From: Octopus bimaculoides
Taxonomy: Eukaryota
Reading direction: 5' to 3'
DNA: 58,322 bases
Assembly: GCF_001194135.2 (NCBI RefSeq)
Contig: NC_068993.1
Location: forward strand, 49,327,239 to 49,385,560
Shown: positions 37,890 through 49,640 of the stretch, piece by piece
Numbering within the stretch: the first letter of the stretch is position 1
Layout: each line of letters starts with the position of its first letter
The notes under the pieces: generated by a model
Told to the model about the DNA's origin: nothing
The model's input: only the letters and a program-made list of their open reading frames with translations
Database searches by the model: none
Position numbers and translations under genes: made by a program

Positions 37890-38072
37890 TTTCATAGTTT
37901 AAAACCTCCCTTGTCAATATGAAACCAATGGTTGTTGTGAGACACTGAAGGTTCCTATTCTCACAATAAGTTTTGATTCAACAAAGAACCTGTGTTGAGT
38001 TCTATAAATATATATTAATATATATAAATATATGTGCGTGTGTATTTGTGTGTGTGTGTGTGTGTATGTGCT

Positions 38073-38145
<73 letters not shown>

Positions 38146-38571
38146 GCATGATAGATCGCTGACCACTACATTTATNNNNNNNNNNNNNNNNNNNNNNNNN
38201 NNNNNNNNNNNNNNNNNNNNNNNNNNNNNNNNNNNNNNNNNNNNNNNNNNNNNNNNNNNNNNNNNNNNNNNNNNNNNNNNNNNNNNNNNNNNNNNNNNNN
38301 NNNNNNNNNNNNNNNNNNNNNNNNNNNNNNNNNNNNNATAGAGGAATATATTATTTTTGTTTAAAAGAGTTCCAACACTGTCTGTTTTTTATGTTTTATT
38401 TATATTCCTGCAGAACCAATGTGGGATATAGAATATGGAATATACAATATATAATATAATATACAATATATAATATAAAATAAAATAAAATAAAAATGGA
38501 TGGCACCATGAAATAAAGAATTGAATGTAGATGAAATATTGAGTGTTCAATATAAAGGATTAAATATATAA

Positions 38572-38613
38572 AGGCGACTCGAGTTTCAGGGTTATTTCCC
38601 TTCGTCATGGCCC
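38572..38613 (-). ncRNA. Minimal type I hammerhead ribozyme-like motif (one core deviation)
   Basis: Minus strand: GGGC C(A)UGACGA AGGG-AAAUAA-CCCU GAAAC-UCGA-GUC^GCCU. Stems I (4 bp), II (4 bp) and III (2 bp with a palindromic loop) all form, and the cleavage triplet is GUC. Confidence 0.6.
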
Positions 38614-38620
38614 GTATGAC

Positions 38621-38661
<41 letters not shown>

Positions 38662-38694
38662 GCACATGTGTAAATGTGTATTGTTGTCATAATT

Positions 38695-38900
38695 TTATAG
38701 CTGATTTCCATGCTGGCATGGGTTGGATGGGTCATCATTATCTAAGCTAATCCTTATTCAGAGTTACTATTTTTCTGGGTGAGTCAGACAACCACTTTTG
38801 CTTGTTTTTCAATTTTTGGCCCATTTTCTATAGCTGGATGCCCTTCCTAACACTAGCCACTTTACAGAATATACTGGATATATTTTATCATGACACCAAC
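38695..38900 (-). mobile_element. Family D-like copy, diverged
   Basis: TTTCCATGCTGGCATGGGTTGGA and CTATAGCTGGATGCCCTTCCTAAC modules. Confidence 0.7.
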
Positions 38901-39094
38901 ACCAGAGAGTTCGTCATGTCCTTGACAAGGCTAGGCTGAAGGGTTCTCTCAATCCTATGTATTCTTCACTTATCCCACTATTACTTTACAGGATATGTTG
39001 AGTGCTAGCTCTGGTGAGGTTGCCTTGCACCCCATAAAAGGAAAGGGGTCCTTGTTGCTCAACATTGTAAATGTTAATTTCTGGCAATGTGATC

Positions 39095-39720
39095 AAAAGA
39101 GTGGGTAGAATGAAGGCAATTTCAGAAGATGAAGCTGGGTGAGATGGAGAAAGATGTAGGAGTATGAAAGAGGAGCTGAGTGATTGGGTGATGGTATGGA
39201 AGAGGAGGCAAATGAGGGAACTAGGTGAACTGGAGAAAGAAGTAGAGGGGAAAGACCACAGTGTTTGGGGGTGACAGAATGGAAGAGGATAGAAAAATGG
39301 GAGAGAGTTATGATAGAGGATGGAGAAAGAGAGAGAGAGAGAGATAGTTGCAGAAACAGTTGTTCATCAAAGTAATGGATATCAATAATGAATGGTGTGA
39401 AGGAGAAGTAGGCTGAGTGGCGACGGTCACTGGCTGGGGAGAGCATGATGAGAGATAGAAATTTGAGATCACGATGGCAAGAGAAATGATGTCAAATGTG
39501 AGTGACCTGAAGTAGAGAGAGTGATGGCATGCTGGAGTGTGATAGAGGAGTGAATTGGATGCCAACAGATGTGATGTAATCACTCAAATTGTGGGATGGA
39601 GGGGTAAGAGGTATGGATGATAGTTGGGGGAGGAGTTGCATGTGAACAGATTTTTCTGGGTGGAATAATGCAGTGAAAGTGAAAGGAAATGGTAGATAAG
39701 AGGGGAAGCAGAAGGAGACT
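39095..39720. repeat. GA-rich purine-skewed tract, possibly an old retroelement relic
   Basis: Strong G/A skew on +. No motif recognised. Confidence 0.55.
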
Positions 39721-39774
39721 TTACTGCTACAAAATGGGCAAAACGCCTGGTGATAGATATATAGTATTTATCTC

Positions 39775-40110
39775 AGCTTTCATCACTACTTACATTTTAT
39801 TCTATGTTTTACCAAGCTTGCACAAATAGTTTGGTCGTTTCTTGCACCATTTTTTGCCAATTGTCCAAGTACTTTGTCAGGTCTTTTGTTAAATCTAAGT
39901 TCAGTCTGCACAACTTCATCCTAAATCCTCCTTTTTCCATAGGTTCCATTCACTTTGAGTATGGGGTATTTCTGTACATGGGTCTTCCACACAGTCTTCT
40001 CTCTTACACACTATTTCTGATTCGTCTTATGTTCAGTTTCACTCTCAGTTTACTAGCACTTGCTGTTCATGCACACTAATCTTATACATTCAGTGAAGCA
40101 TACTTGCTTC
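39775..40110 (-). mobile_element. RTE-type LINE 3' end relic
   Basis: Minus strand reads EASMLH*MYKISVHEQQ/ASKLRVKLNIRRIRNSV*ERRLC, the typical RTE C-terminal segment. It is followed by a tail resembling the (GAT)n-tailed elements. Confidence 0.72.
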
Positions 40111-40721
40111 CTTTTTTTACTATGCACACACACACACATGCTAATAATTACATGTGCTATTCTTGGACTGTCCTTTCTTTTTTCTCTGGACTTTTCCTCT
40201 TACCTTTTTCTGATGAAGAGCCATGTTTAAAATATTACCCACCTTCATCAACTTAATACATTCACTGTGTTTGTCTTTTTGGTTGTTGATTTTGGTTTTA
40301 TTTTTGTTTTCATTTATGATTTACACATATAGCTTAGGTGGCCAAAACTTTGAAGTCACAGTCAAGAACATTCTTGTATAAGAATAATTATATAAAAATA
40401 TGATATTTTCCTTGTGCATTGCAATTATTTTGAAAATAATCAAGAATTTAAAGAAATTTAGTTTGTACTCTACAAAAGAATGGAGTAACCATCAGGTTAA
40501 TGTAAAATTGATTTTATTATAACTGAGCATAAAGACAAACATTGATATATATATATATATAATACTTTTTAGCTCATAGTTTTATGAACCTTAACTGCTA
40601 ATCAACAAATTTGTAGCAGTAAAAGATACCTGTATATGTCACATCCCATTGCTATATACATGTACTGTTGCTACATGTAATATTATACCCCAGAGTAGGG
40701 TATATATGTATATACTTTTTT

Positions 40722-41085
40722 TTTTTACTTGTTTCAGTCATTTGACTGTGGTCATGCTGGAGCACTGCTTTTAGTCAAGCAAATCGACCCCAGGACTTAT
40801 TCTTTGTAAGCCTAGTACTTATTCTATCGGTCCTTTTTGTCGAACCGCTAAGTTACAGGGACATAAGCACACCAGCACCAGTTATCAAGCGATATTGTGG
40901 GGACAAACACAAACACACAAACATATACATACATATATACGACAGGCTTCTTTCAGTTTCCGTCTACCAAATCCACCCACAAGTCTTTGGTTGGCCCGAG
41001 GCTATAGTACAAGACATTTGCCCTAAGGGCCATGCAGTGGGACTGAACCCAGAACCATGTGGTTGGTAAGCAAGCTACTTACCAT
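40722..41085 (-). mobile_element. SINE family B, full-length copy
   Basis: Contains the 3' module (ACTTGTTTCAGTCATTTGACTG), a central (CA)/(TA) tract and the tRNA-like head (ACCATGTGGTTGGTAAGCAAGCTACTTACC). Confidence 0.9.
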
Positions 41086-41489
41086 ATATAATATATCCAA
41101 ACATTGTTTAAAATATTTTCCTGCTCCTAGTATTGAAACCATGGTCAGTATCCTTGCTACTGTTTCTAACCAGAGTTTGTTCAAATCAATAATCGTCATT
41201 TCTGGGAAGAGGGAGAGACAGGAATACAGACAGAGAGAAAATGAATTAATTCTTTAATTAAGAACAACACAGCTTGCCAATCAAAATAGAGGCAAATAAT
41301 TTGAGTAAACAAGTTCAACATCAACAACGTAACACATAACAAAAAGAATGACAACAACATCAACAAGGCAGCTTATTCAAAGCCTACTCCAAAAACCTAA
41401 TTCGCAGATTTAATCACATCCATTATTAAACAGAAAGTTTCTTCTGTATTTTATAGAATTGTAAAATTACATTGAAATAAGTTTTGTAG

Positions 41490-41522
<33 letters not shown>

Positions 41523-42779
41523 TCAAAAATGTTTTGTTGATCAATAATGAAACAAATTAGTGAGGTTATTCTAATGCATCTATTTATCATCATCACCATC
41601 ACCATCATCATCATCATTATTCTGTGAAAACTGTTTTATCATCTTTGATGTTTAATTATGTTATTTAGTAGCTTAAAAAAATTGTTTGTTTTTTTTTTCC
41701 TACCTGCTTCATTTGACTGTAATTAAATTGCTTTTGACCATAATAATTGCCATTGTTACCATTGAAACATCATATACATCTTGCAGGTTTGTCAAAACTT
41801 CTATCTCTGTCTGTCTGTCTGTCTGCATGCTTGCATCAATGTGTTGATTGCTCTGTCAACACACACACACCAAAGTTACCTTTCCACTATTGGCATTACT
41901 AATTTTACATCTGCCAATCTTCTTCACAAGCAAAACACTTATGGAGCAGGTGAGAAACTCCAACTAGAAGATAATTAATTTACTAAAGTTCCTTGCAGCA
42001 ACTGACTTATCAATGTTGTGTCAACTAGTTCAACCAATGATGGATATTTATCCCATATCAGCTTTCATAATTCTCAACCTACCTTTCATTAGCTTGTAAT
42101 CATGCTAATCTTTATTTTTTTAATTTTTGTTTTTACAATTATGTATGAAATCCATGTAGTTCCATGTACCTGCTTGATATACAGTACTACACTACTTAAG
42201 ACATAAATGACTAACTTGGCAGTTTCAATACACATGGTCTCAATTTAAGTCTCTTGAACTCTAAATAAATATATTTATTTCTTAAATTTTATATCTCAGT
42301 ATTTTTCAAGTAATTTATTTGTCAGTTTTCTTTTTCATGTAACCTCAGGATAAAATTTTGGTGGGAGACAGATATCACTAATTAGTTTTGCATTTATTAA
42401 TTATTATAGATTTTAATTTTAATTTGAGTTGTACATGAGCATGCGTAAATCTAATGACATGTAGCCTTGTTTTAGAGGTTTGTTTATTATCATTCAGCAG
42501 ATTTTCATTTTATTTGAGAAAACCACTTTCATTGCAGATGTGTTTATGAATGCTTTTTAAAAAAATCTCTCTGCTCTCTCTCTTTTGGAGTAGAAAATTT
42601 TCTTTTGCTGAACATATCTGCAAATTCAGATTAAAGCTTTGCATAGAATACATATTGTTAATCTATTCTAATACTAGCAATTCTTGTGTATCATTAGTGA
42701 CCATATCACTATAAATTTTTGAAAACATTCAATTTATACAGCATCATTAATTAAAAGTGCTTCTTTATTATTGTTGTCA

Positions 42780-42937
42780 TTCATCATCATCATCATCGTT
42801 AACATCCGCTTTCCATGCTAGCATGGGTTGGATGATTTGACTGAGGACTGGTGAAACCAGATGGCTACACCAGGCTCCAATCTGATTTGGCAGAGTTTCT
42901 ACAGCTGGATGCCCTTCCTAGCGCCAACCACTCCGAG
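42780..42937 (-). mobile_element. Family D copy
   Basis: (CAT)n CGTTAACATCCGCTTTCCATGCTAGCATGGGTTGGA..GGATGCCCTTCCTAGCGCCAACCACTCCGAG. Confidence 0.9.
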
Positions 42938-43229
42938 GTGCTATTATTGTGCCTTGTGATATTTAGTTATTTCCCTTTATATTCTGAGTTCAAATTCTAC
43001 TGCAGTCAACATTACTTTTCATCCTTCAGTGATTGATGGGTCTGCATTTGATGAAATAAGTAGTAGATGAATAATTTTACTGCTGCCTGTTCAAAATCTG
43101 GCACCTAAAATCTATGTTTGAAACCATTACAATTGTTGTTAGAGAAACCCATTAAAAGAAATTGTTAAGCATTGGACAAATTTAATTTTCATTCCTCTTA
43201 ACATCAGTATTTTGCACTAGTTATATATA

Positions 43230-44800
43230 TTCATGTTTTCATGAGTTAGACAGATCTTCTTCAGCACAGTATCCTCTTGCATATCATGACTCCTTATCAT
43301 CACTTTCATGAGCTACTTTCTCTTCTGCAGTTCCTCTCGCTTGAATTACCTGGTGCTACTTAACCCAACACTCATCTTTCTTATGCTTCACATATTTGTA
43401 TGAGCACAACTATTCTCGGGTTTTCTCTCCGCTCCTTTGTTCTCCATCATTCATGCAAACTAATGCTAGATATATAACAGAACATGTCCAACATGCTTTC
43501 TCTACCTCTTGCACATCCTAGTACATTCAGTAGTCATCTATTAATCAATATTGCATTTCATATTCAAACGTTATACAATCTGTTCTTCACTTGGAAAGAC
43601 AATTCCTTTGTAACCAGCAGAAGTTATACATCCCTAAATCTTTCCCATCCTGTTCATACTCTGGTTATATTTTCAGAACACCCACCTTTCACAATTGATT
43701 AGGTCCCTAAGCAACAGAAGCTTACTTTTTGCAAGCCTACAACACATTTGAGGAAATTCAATTAATGGGTGATAATACTGCTAACTACTAGTGCATTTGT
43801 TAATGTCATTCTTCTATGCCAGCCTGCTGTAATCCCACTGCATCACTTGTGCACCTATAGTCTACACCCTATGGAAGTGTTTCTCCTTTTTAGTTAAATT
43901 AAGCATGGCTACTATCCAAATAGCAACAGAGTTTTGTGTTCTTTTCTTTGTCACGTTTACTTTAGACTTCCTGATTCTAGGCTCTGCTTCCATATTTGGA
44001 ACATTTCCTCTAAATCTTTGATTAATTTTGTTTTAAGAGCTAGATCAGCAACATACAGCAGTGGATTTGCCAAACTACATAGACTGGAAGGGACTGAGAA
44101 CCAAATCTTGGACACCTACTTGTATGCTAAGTCCCTTACTAAACTCATTCATAATTCCCACCTTACTGACAGCACCTTTGTATGGCTTACACAACTCTCA
44201 CCAGCCATTCATTTACATCAAATTTTCTTTGTGGTCACTAACTGGCCTTCTCTATATCAATGTTGCCTCACTAAGAAAAGAGCATAAGTGATACCCCTGC
44301 ATCTAAGCTAATTCTCTCCCTAAATAGTAGAGTTATGAGTCACTGTTACCTTCATTAAATGGTCCATTAAGTTAATTTCTCTGGCATTGCAGTGTTTCTT
44401 TATTAACTACTACAAGAGTAAAGAAAATGCTCCAGAATGCCAGTCACTGAGGATGGTATTTCCCTTTACAACTTGATTGACTATATGAGGGACCAGTGTG
44501 TATTATTTTGCCAAATAGTTTCAGCATATTGGGGAGTATCCCTGATGGTCCAGCTGTTTCCCTTGCCTTCATACCTTTAACTGCTTTTGCCTCCATATGG
44601 CTGTCAACCACCTGAGTTCAAGTTTTCCCATTCACTACACTCCTCCATATTGTGGTGCAACATGGGTTTTGGCCATCATGTGTGGTAAACAAATTGACCA
44701 CCCTGTTCCTTAAACCTTTGACCACAACAAACACACATGTATAAAGTGACCATCTTGTCTGGTACACACACCCAGCACCATTTCTTCCATGCTATGTCAC
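43230..44800 (-). mobile_element. Decayed RTE-type LINE: reverse transcriptase and C-terminal region
   Basis: Minus-strand fragments in the expected order: AVKGMKARETAGPSGILPNMLK (about 44521-44585); LVPHIVNQVVKGNTILSDW; YKGAVSKVGIMNEFSKGLSIQVGVQDLVLSP; LLYVADLAL..EEMFQIWKQSLESGSLKVN (decayed YADD, about 43950-44062); GGCSENITRV*TGWERFRDV*LLLVTKELSFQVKNRLY (about 43560-43690); KDECWVK (about 43355-43385). Confidence 0.88.
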
Positions 44801-44951
44801 TGTCTTCACAACAAAACAATTAGCTTAAACATACTGATTATTTCCAAACCCGGGCTCTTGTGTTATTTATGATTATTGGCAGTGGTAATTACGTGTGTGC
44901 ACAGATGTGTGTGTATTTGTATGTGTGTGCGTATGTATGTATGTGTGTATG

Positions 44952-44954
<3 letters not shown>

Positions 44955-45024
<70 letters not shown>
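44955..45024. repeat. (TA)n microsatellite
   Basis: Seen directly; also 27428-27490 and at many gap edges. Confidence 0.95.
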
Positions 45025-45035
<11 letters not shown>

Positions 45036-46029
45036 TATATACACATATATCAAGAAGAGAGAGACTTTTGCTCATACATACACACACACACGTATTTTTC
45101 TTGGAGACATTCTTCATTTTCTTTTCTTTTATATCCACCGAACATTATACAAAGAAAATCTCGTTCCTTACTTACATGATTATCTTCCTTTTCTGATTAC
45201 CCAGCATTCATTACTCTTTGCTGCTTTTGTTAATGTTTAATTCTCGAAATTCAATTAAAGCCTTTTCATTTTCTTGATGTATTTGAAATTCATTTTAACT
45301 TGTGTTTCCTGTAGTCAAGCCTTGATGTTAAACTAATATTCTTTTAATTTCTTTTGATCATGCACTTGTGAAGTTTCTGTTTTGCTCTACAGATCCTTTC
45401 TACTTTTTGTTCAAAGTGCTATTCAACAAATTGAATTATACCTTTCTCTGTCTTTCTCAAACTTCGCCATTTTTATTTTGAGTAGTGCTGTCTTTGTGTT
45501 CTGTCATCCTGTCTGGCTACTGGTTAGTCTTAAAGTTCTGGACAGAACAATGCATGTTTATCTAATGTCGGAGGGCAAAAACATGACAATGAAGTTAGAT
45601 GCATGTTAATGATGCTGCAATCTGCTGTCTACATTGTTTAGATGATTATTTGTGTATTCTTTTTTTTTTTTTTCTTTTCTCCCTTGCCATTGCAGCAGAA
45701 ACTAAATTATCAAACTCAATTTAATATGAGGTAGAAATGTGTGTGTATGTATGTGTGTGGAGATGGGCAAATGTCCCCATCACTTTGGCTTGAACTTACA
45801 AACATCTATGAACTTGAAATTACACTTTTACAGAAAATTTGATACAAAGTAAATCAGGCTGAAAGTAAGTTCAGATTAAAGCTAGAGGAAACGGTTAGGA
45901 ACTAAACAACACTGGGAGAAATTAGGGAACAGATTTCTCTTCCATGTCTGCTTGAGCAGTTACAATTTTCTCTTTAACGTCTTTTTCACAACCATCCTTT
46001 TCATACATTCATCTACATACATATATGTG

Positions 46030-46075
<46 letters not shown>

Positions 46076-46947
46076 CACATACATATAGATATACACACAT
46101 ACATTTATGCATATACACATATATCTTAATAAATATATATGTATTTACATACACACAGACATACATAATTGTGAACAAATGTAACCTTGTTAAAGAATCA
46201 ATTGTAAAATGTGGCTTTACATTTTCTTAATGTCTATAGTTATAAATGAGTGAAATGTATTAGTCAGTTAAAGCTTATTTCTGTCTTGTTTACCAAAGTC
46301 TATTATTTTACCCATTTGGTTGTTCTAACACAACTAATGAAAAGAATTGCTTTAGCAAAATGTAATGTTATTATTGAGAATTTGTTCACAAAATTTGTTT
46401 AAATTAATAATAATAGGGACATTAAAAATACTGCTAACAACTTCATTCTAATTGGTATTAGAATTACTATAATTGTCTTTCAGAATATCTTCTTTCCAAA
46501 ATTATTTATTACCAAGGTTTTGTATTAGAGTAATAAGAATGCTTTTGCAATATCAATTTGTTTTCAAAATTTATATTTGTTGCTGAAGAAATAAACAGCT
46601 ATTTTAAACTAACCATTTATAATAAATCTTATTTTTTGGATAACTAAAATGCGTTTACATAGAGATGTTTATCATACACTTCTGGTTGCATAAAACTGAA
46701 GAAGTAGACTTTACTTTGTTTAAGCATTACTAAATTTTTATTTTGGGTATGGTGCATCTAGGACTACATTATCTAATGTGTCTTCTCAGAGGGACATTTG
46801 AATGCTAGTTTGAGCAGAGTAAACAATAATGTTGAGATTTCCTAATTGACTGGAATCTTATTAGATTTTTTTAAAAACTTATTTCATTTTTGACTTAATT
46901 TAGAATTTTATTATCATTTGTCAAATTATTTAGTTGAACTTGATCAA

Positions 46948-47330
46948 AAGCACTGGTGTTGGTACCACATAAAAACACTGGTGCCACATAAAAAGCACTG
47001 GTGATAGCACTATCTAAAAGGCACTGCTACTGGTGCCATGTAAAAAGCATGGATGCTGGTGCCATGTAGAAAGCACCGATGATGGTGCCATATGAAAAAA
47101 GCACTGGTGATGGTGTCATAAAATGCACTGGTGATGGTGCTATGTGAAAAGCACATGGTATACTCTATAAAATGGCTGGCATTAGGAAGGGTATCTAGCT
47201 GTAGAAACCACCAAAAACAGACAATTGAACATGGTGCGGCCCCTGGCAATACCAGCTCCTGTTAAGCCATCCAAGCTATGCCAGCATGGAAAGCGGACGT
47301 TAAATGGTTAAATGATGATGATGATGATTT
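46948..47330 (+). mobile_element. Family D-like copy with an expanded internal 22-27-bp minisatellite
   Basis: About 9 units of AAAAGCACTGGTGATGGTGCCATGT-like sequence (46948-47157), then GGCATTAGGAAGGG..CAGCATGGAAAGCGGACGTTAAA and a (GAT)n tail. Confidence 0.8.
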
Positions 47331-48384
47331 ATCATATAATTCAAATGAATTATGTTACTATTAGAGTCGTAACAATCTTCATCCAATGCTTGTAAATTGC
47401 GACACATGCTCAATTGCTATCTTCATTTACCACCTATTCCACACAATAGGGATAATAATGATAATAATAATAATGATAATAATGGTTTATAAATGATACA
47501 GGCATTGCCTGTTGTTGTATATACTACTTATGATTGAAATTTTGTCTTTGCTTGAGAAGCATTTTATTTTCCTTGCATTCAGTAAGTTATAATTTCAGAT
47601 CAGATGACTGACTGTATGATATAACTGAATGTTTATTTGACAGAATTCTAGGCAAAGAAGCACAACGATTGGCTGATCATAGGCTATAGTGCTCAATGTA
47701 TATTCAACACATGCAAGCATGGCAGGTTTATTTGACATAAATGTCATTCTGGCTATGAATTGTAAACAGCACGCATTTTTGTCTGACCTTAAATATGGCC
47801 AATATAGCTGTTAATAATAGACTAAAAATTCCTCTTGAAGATTTACACAATTTTCATTTTTGTTCTCATTTGCATATCATTGAATAGTATTTCTTAACTG
47901 ATTATGAGACATAAGAAATAAGTCTATTTATTACCTTGATGGTCAAAATGTTGGTGTGGTTGTTGTTGTTGTTGTTGTTGTTGTTAACATCATTAATCAT
48001 TATTTAATGTAAATAGATTTTCTCTTTTCAAAACTCTGTTGATGCAAAAATCAGATTCAAGATTACACATACGAATTTATTAGGAGAGTTACTGCTAGAA
48101 TTTGAAATTCCTGTTGTTAACTTCCAGTTTATATTTCTGTAGTGAGAAATGATCGGTCTGTGTTTTTTTATCATTTTCCAGGGGCTTTATTCTCTCTCAC
48201 ACATACTCTCTATCTCTCCTTCTCTTTTCTAAGATTTTAACTGAAATTAACTGATCCAGTATAAAATATTTTAAAGTTTGCTTCATAAACAATTCTGTGT
48301 TTACAACTTTAAGAAAACCTGCATGTCTGAGGATTACTGTTTTGACCTTGTTTATTCTCATTACTTACTGGGGAATTCATCATT

Positions 48385-48555
48385 GTTGTCGTCGTCATCA
48401 TCATCGTCATCATCGTCATCCATTTTAACTTTGATTCTTAATGTCCACTTTTCCATGCTCACTGTGGCCAGACAGAATTTGTTGAAGCAGATTTATTGTG
48501 GCCAGATACCCTTCCTATCACCAACCCTCACTTCTTTCCAAGTTAGGTAATATTT
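48385..48555 (-). mobile_element. Family D-like copy, diverged
   Basis: (CAT/CGT)n..AATGTCCACTTTTCCATGC..CAGATACCCTTCCTATCACCAACC. Confidence 0.7.
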
Positions 48556-48564
48556 CCCCAGAAG

Positions 48565-48868
48565 GACTTTCGAGCGAGATTGTTGCCAGTGCCCCTGGAC
48601 TGGCTCTTGTGCAAGTGGCACATAAAATACACCATTTTGAGCATGGCCGTTGCCAGTACCGCCTGACTGACCTTCATGCCGGTGACACGTAAAAGCAACC
48701 ACTACACTCTCAGAGTGGTTGGCGTTAGGAAGGGCATCCAGCTGTAGAAACTCTGCCAAATCAGATTGGAGCCTGGTGTAGCCATCTGGTTTCACCAGTC
48801 CTCAGTCAAATCGTCCAACCCATGCTAGCATGGAAAGTGGACGTTAAACGACGATGATGATGATGATG
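48565..48868 (+). mobile_element. Family D, longest copy in the window
   Basis: Includes GTGGCACATAAAA and GTGACACGTAAAAGC units, GGCGTTAGGAAGGGCATCCAGCTGTAGAAAC and a (GAT)n tail. It explains the spurious MKPDGYTRLQSD ORFs. Confidence 0.9.
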
Positions 48869-49235
48869 TACCAGACATGTTTCCATGGGTGGGTATGCTT
48901 CCATCTGAAATTGGTTTAGGGTAACGCTAGATATACTTTGTCATGTATAAATTTTTATATATTACATGCATTATTTTTTTGTATTGTAATCAGCTTTTAT
49001 AGCTCTTTGTTGTAAATGGATGGTCAAACAAAAGTCATCACATGGCTAATACTTATGGGAAATAAACCATGAATGTTATCATAGTTTTAACTCCATCAAT
49101 GACAACTGTGTCAGTTTTGTATTTAACACATCAATTCCACCATTCCCTTGATTCCTTGCTGCCTACTATAGAGTACAGTAACTATCATCATATCATTCAG
49201 AGAATGATATTGAGAAGGTCATGAAACCTTAATAT

Positions 49236-49640
49236 AGGTGCAGGCATGGCTGTATTGTAAGGAGCTATCTTCCCAACCACATGGTTCCAAATTCAGTCCC
49301 ACTGCACGACACCTTGGGTATATGTCTTCTTCTATAGCCTAAAGCCAACTAAAGCCTTGTGAGTGGATTTGGTAGACGAAAACTGAAAGAAGCCCACTGT
49401 GTGTGTGTTTGTCTGTTTGTCTATCTGTCTTTGTGTCAGTGTTTGTCTCCCTGTCACTGCTTGACAACCAGTGTTAGTGTGTATATGTCCCCATAACATT
49501 AGCAGTTCAGCAAAAGATACTCACAGAATAAGTACTAGGTTTAAAATAATAAGCCCTGGGGTCGATTTGCTCGACTAAATCTCTTCAAGGCAGTGTTCCA
49601 GCATGGCTGAAGTCAAATGATTGAAGCAAGTAAAAGAATT
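49236..49640 (+). mobile_element. SINE family B, full-length copy
   Basis: GGTGCAGGCATGGCTGT..CCAACCACATGGTTCC..GTGAGTGGATTTGGTAGACG..GTCAAATGATTGAAGCAAGTAAAAGA. Confidence 0.9.

Noticed and set aside
48493-48795. 100-aa ORF MKPDGYTRLQSD... (also at 42851 and 27135) as a gene family
   Set aside because: It is the antisense reading of repeat family D.
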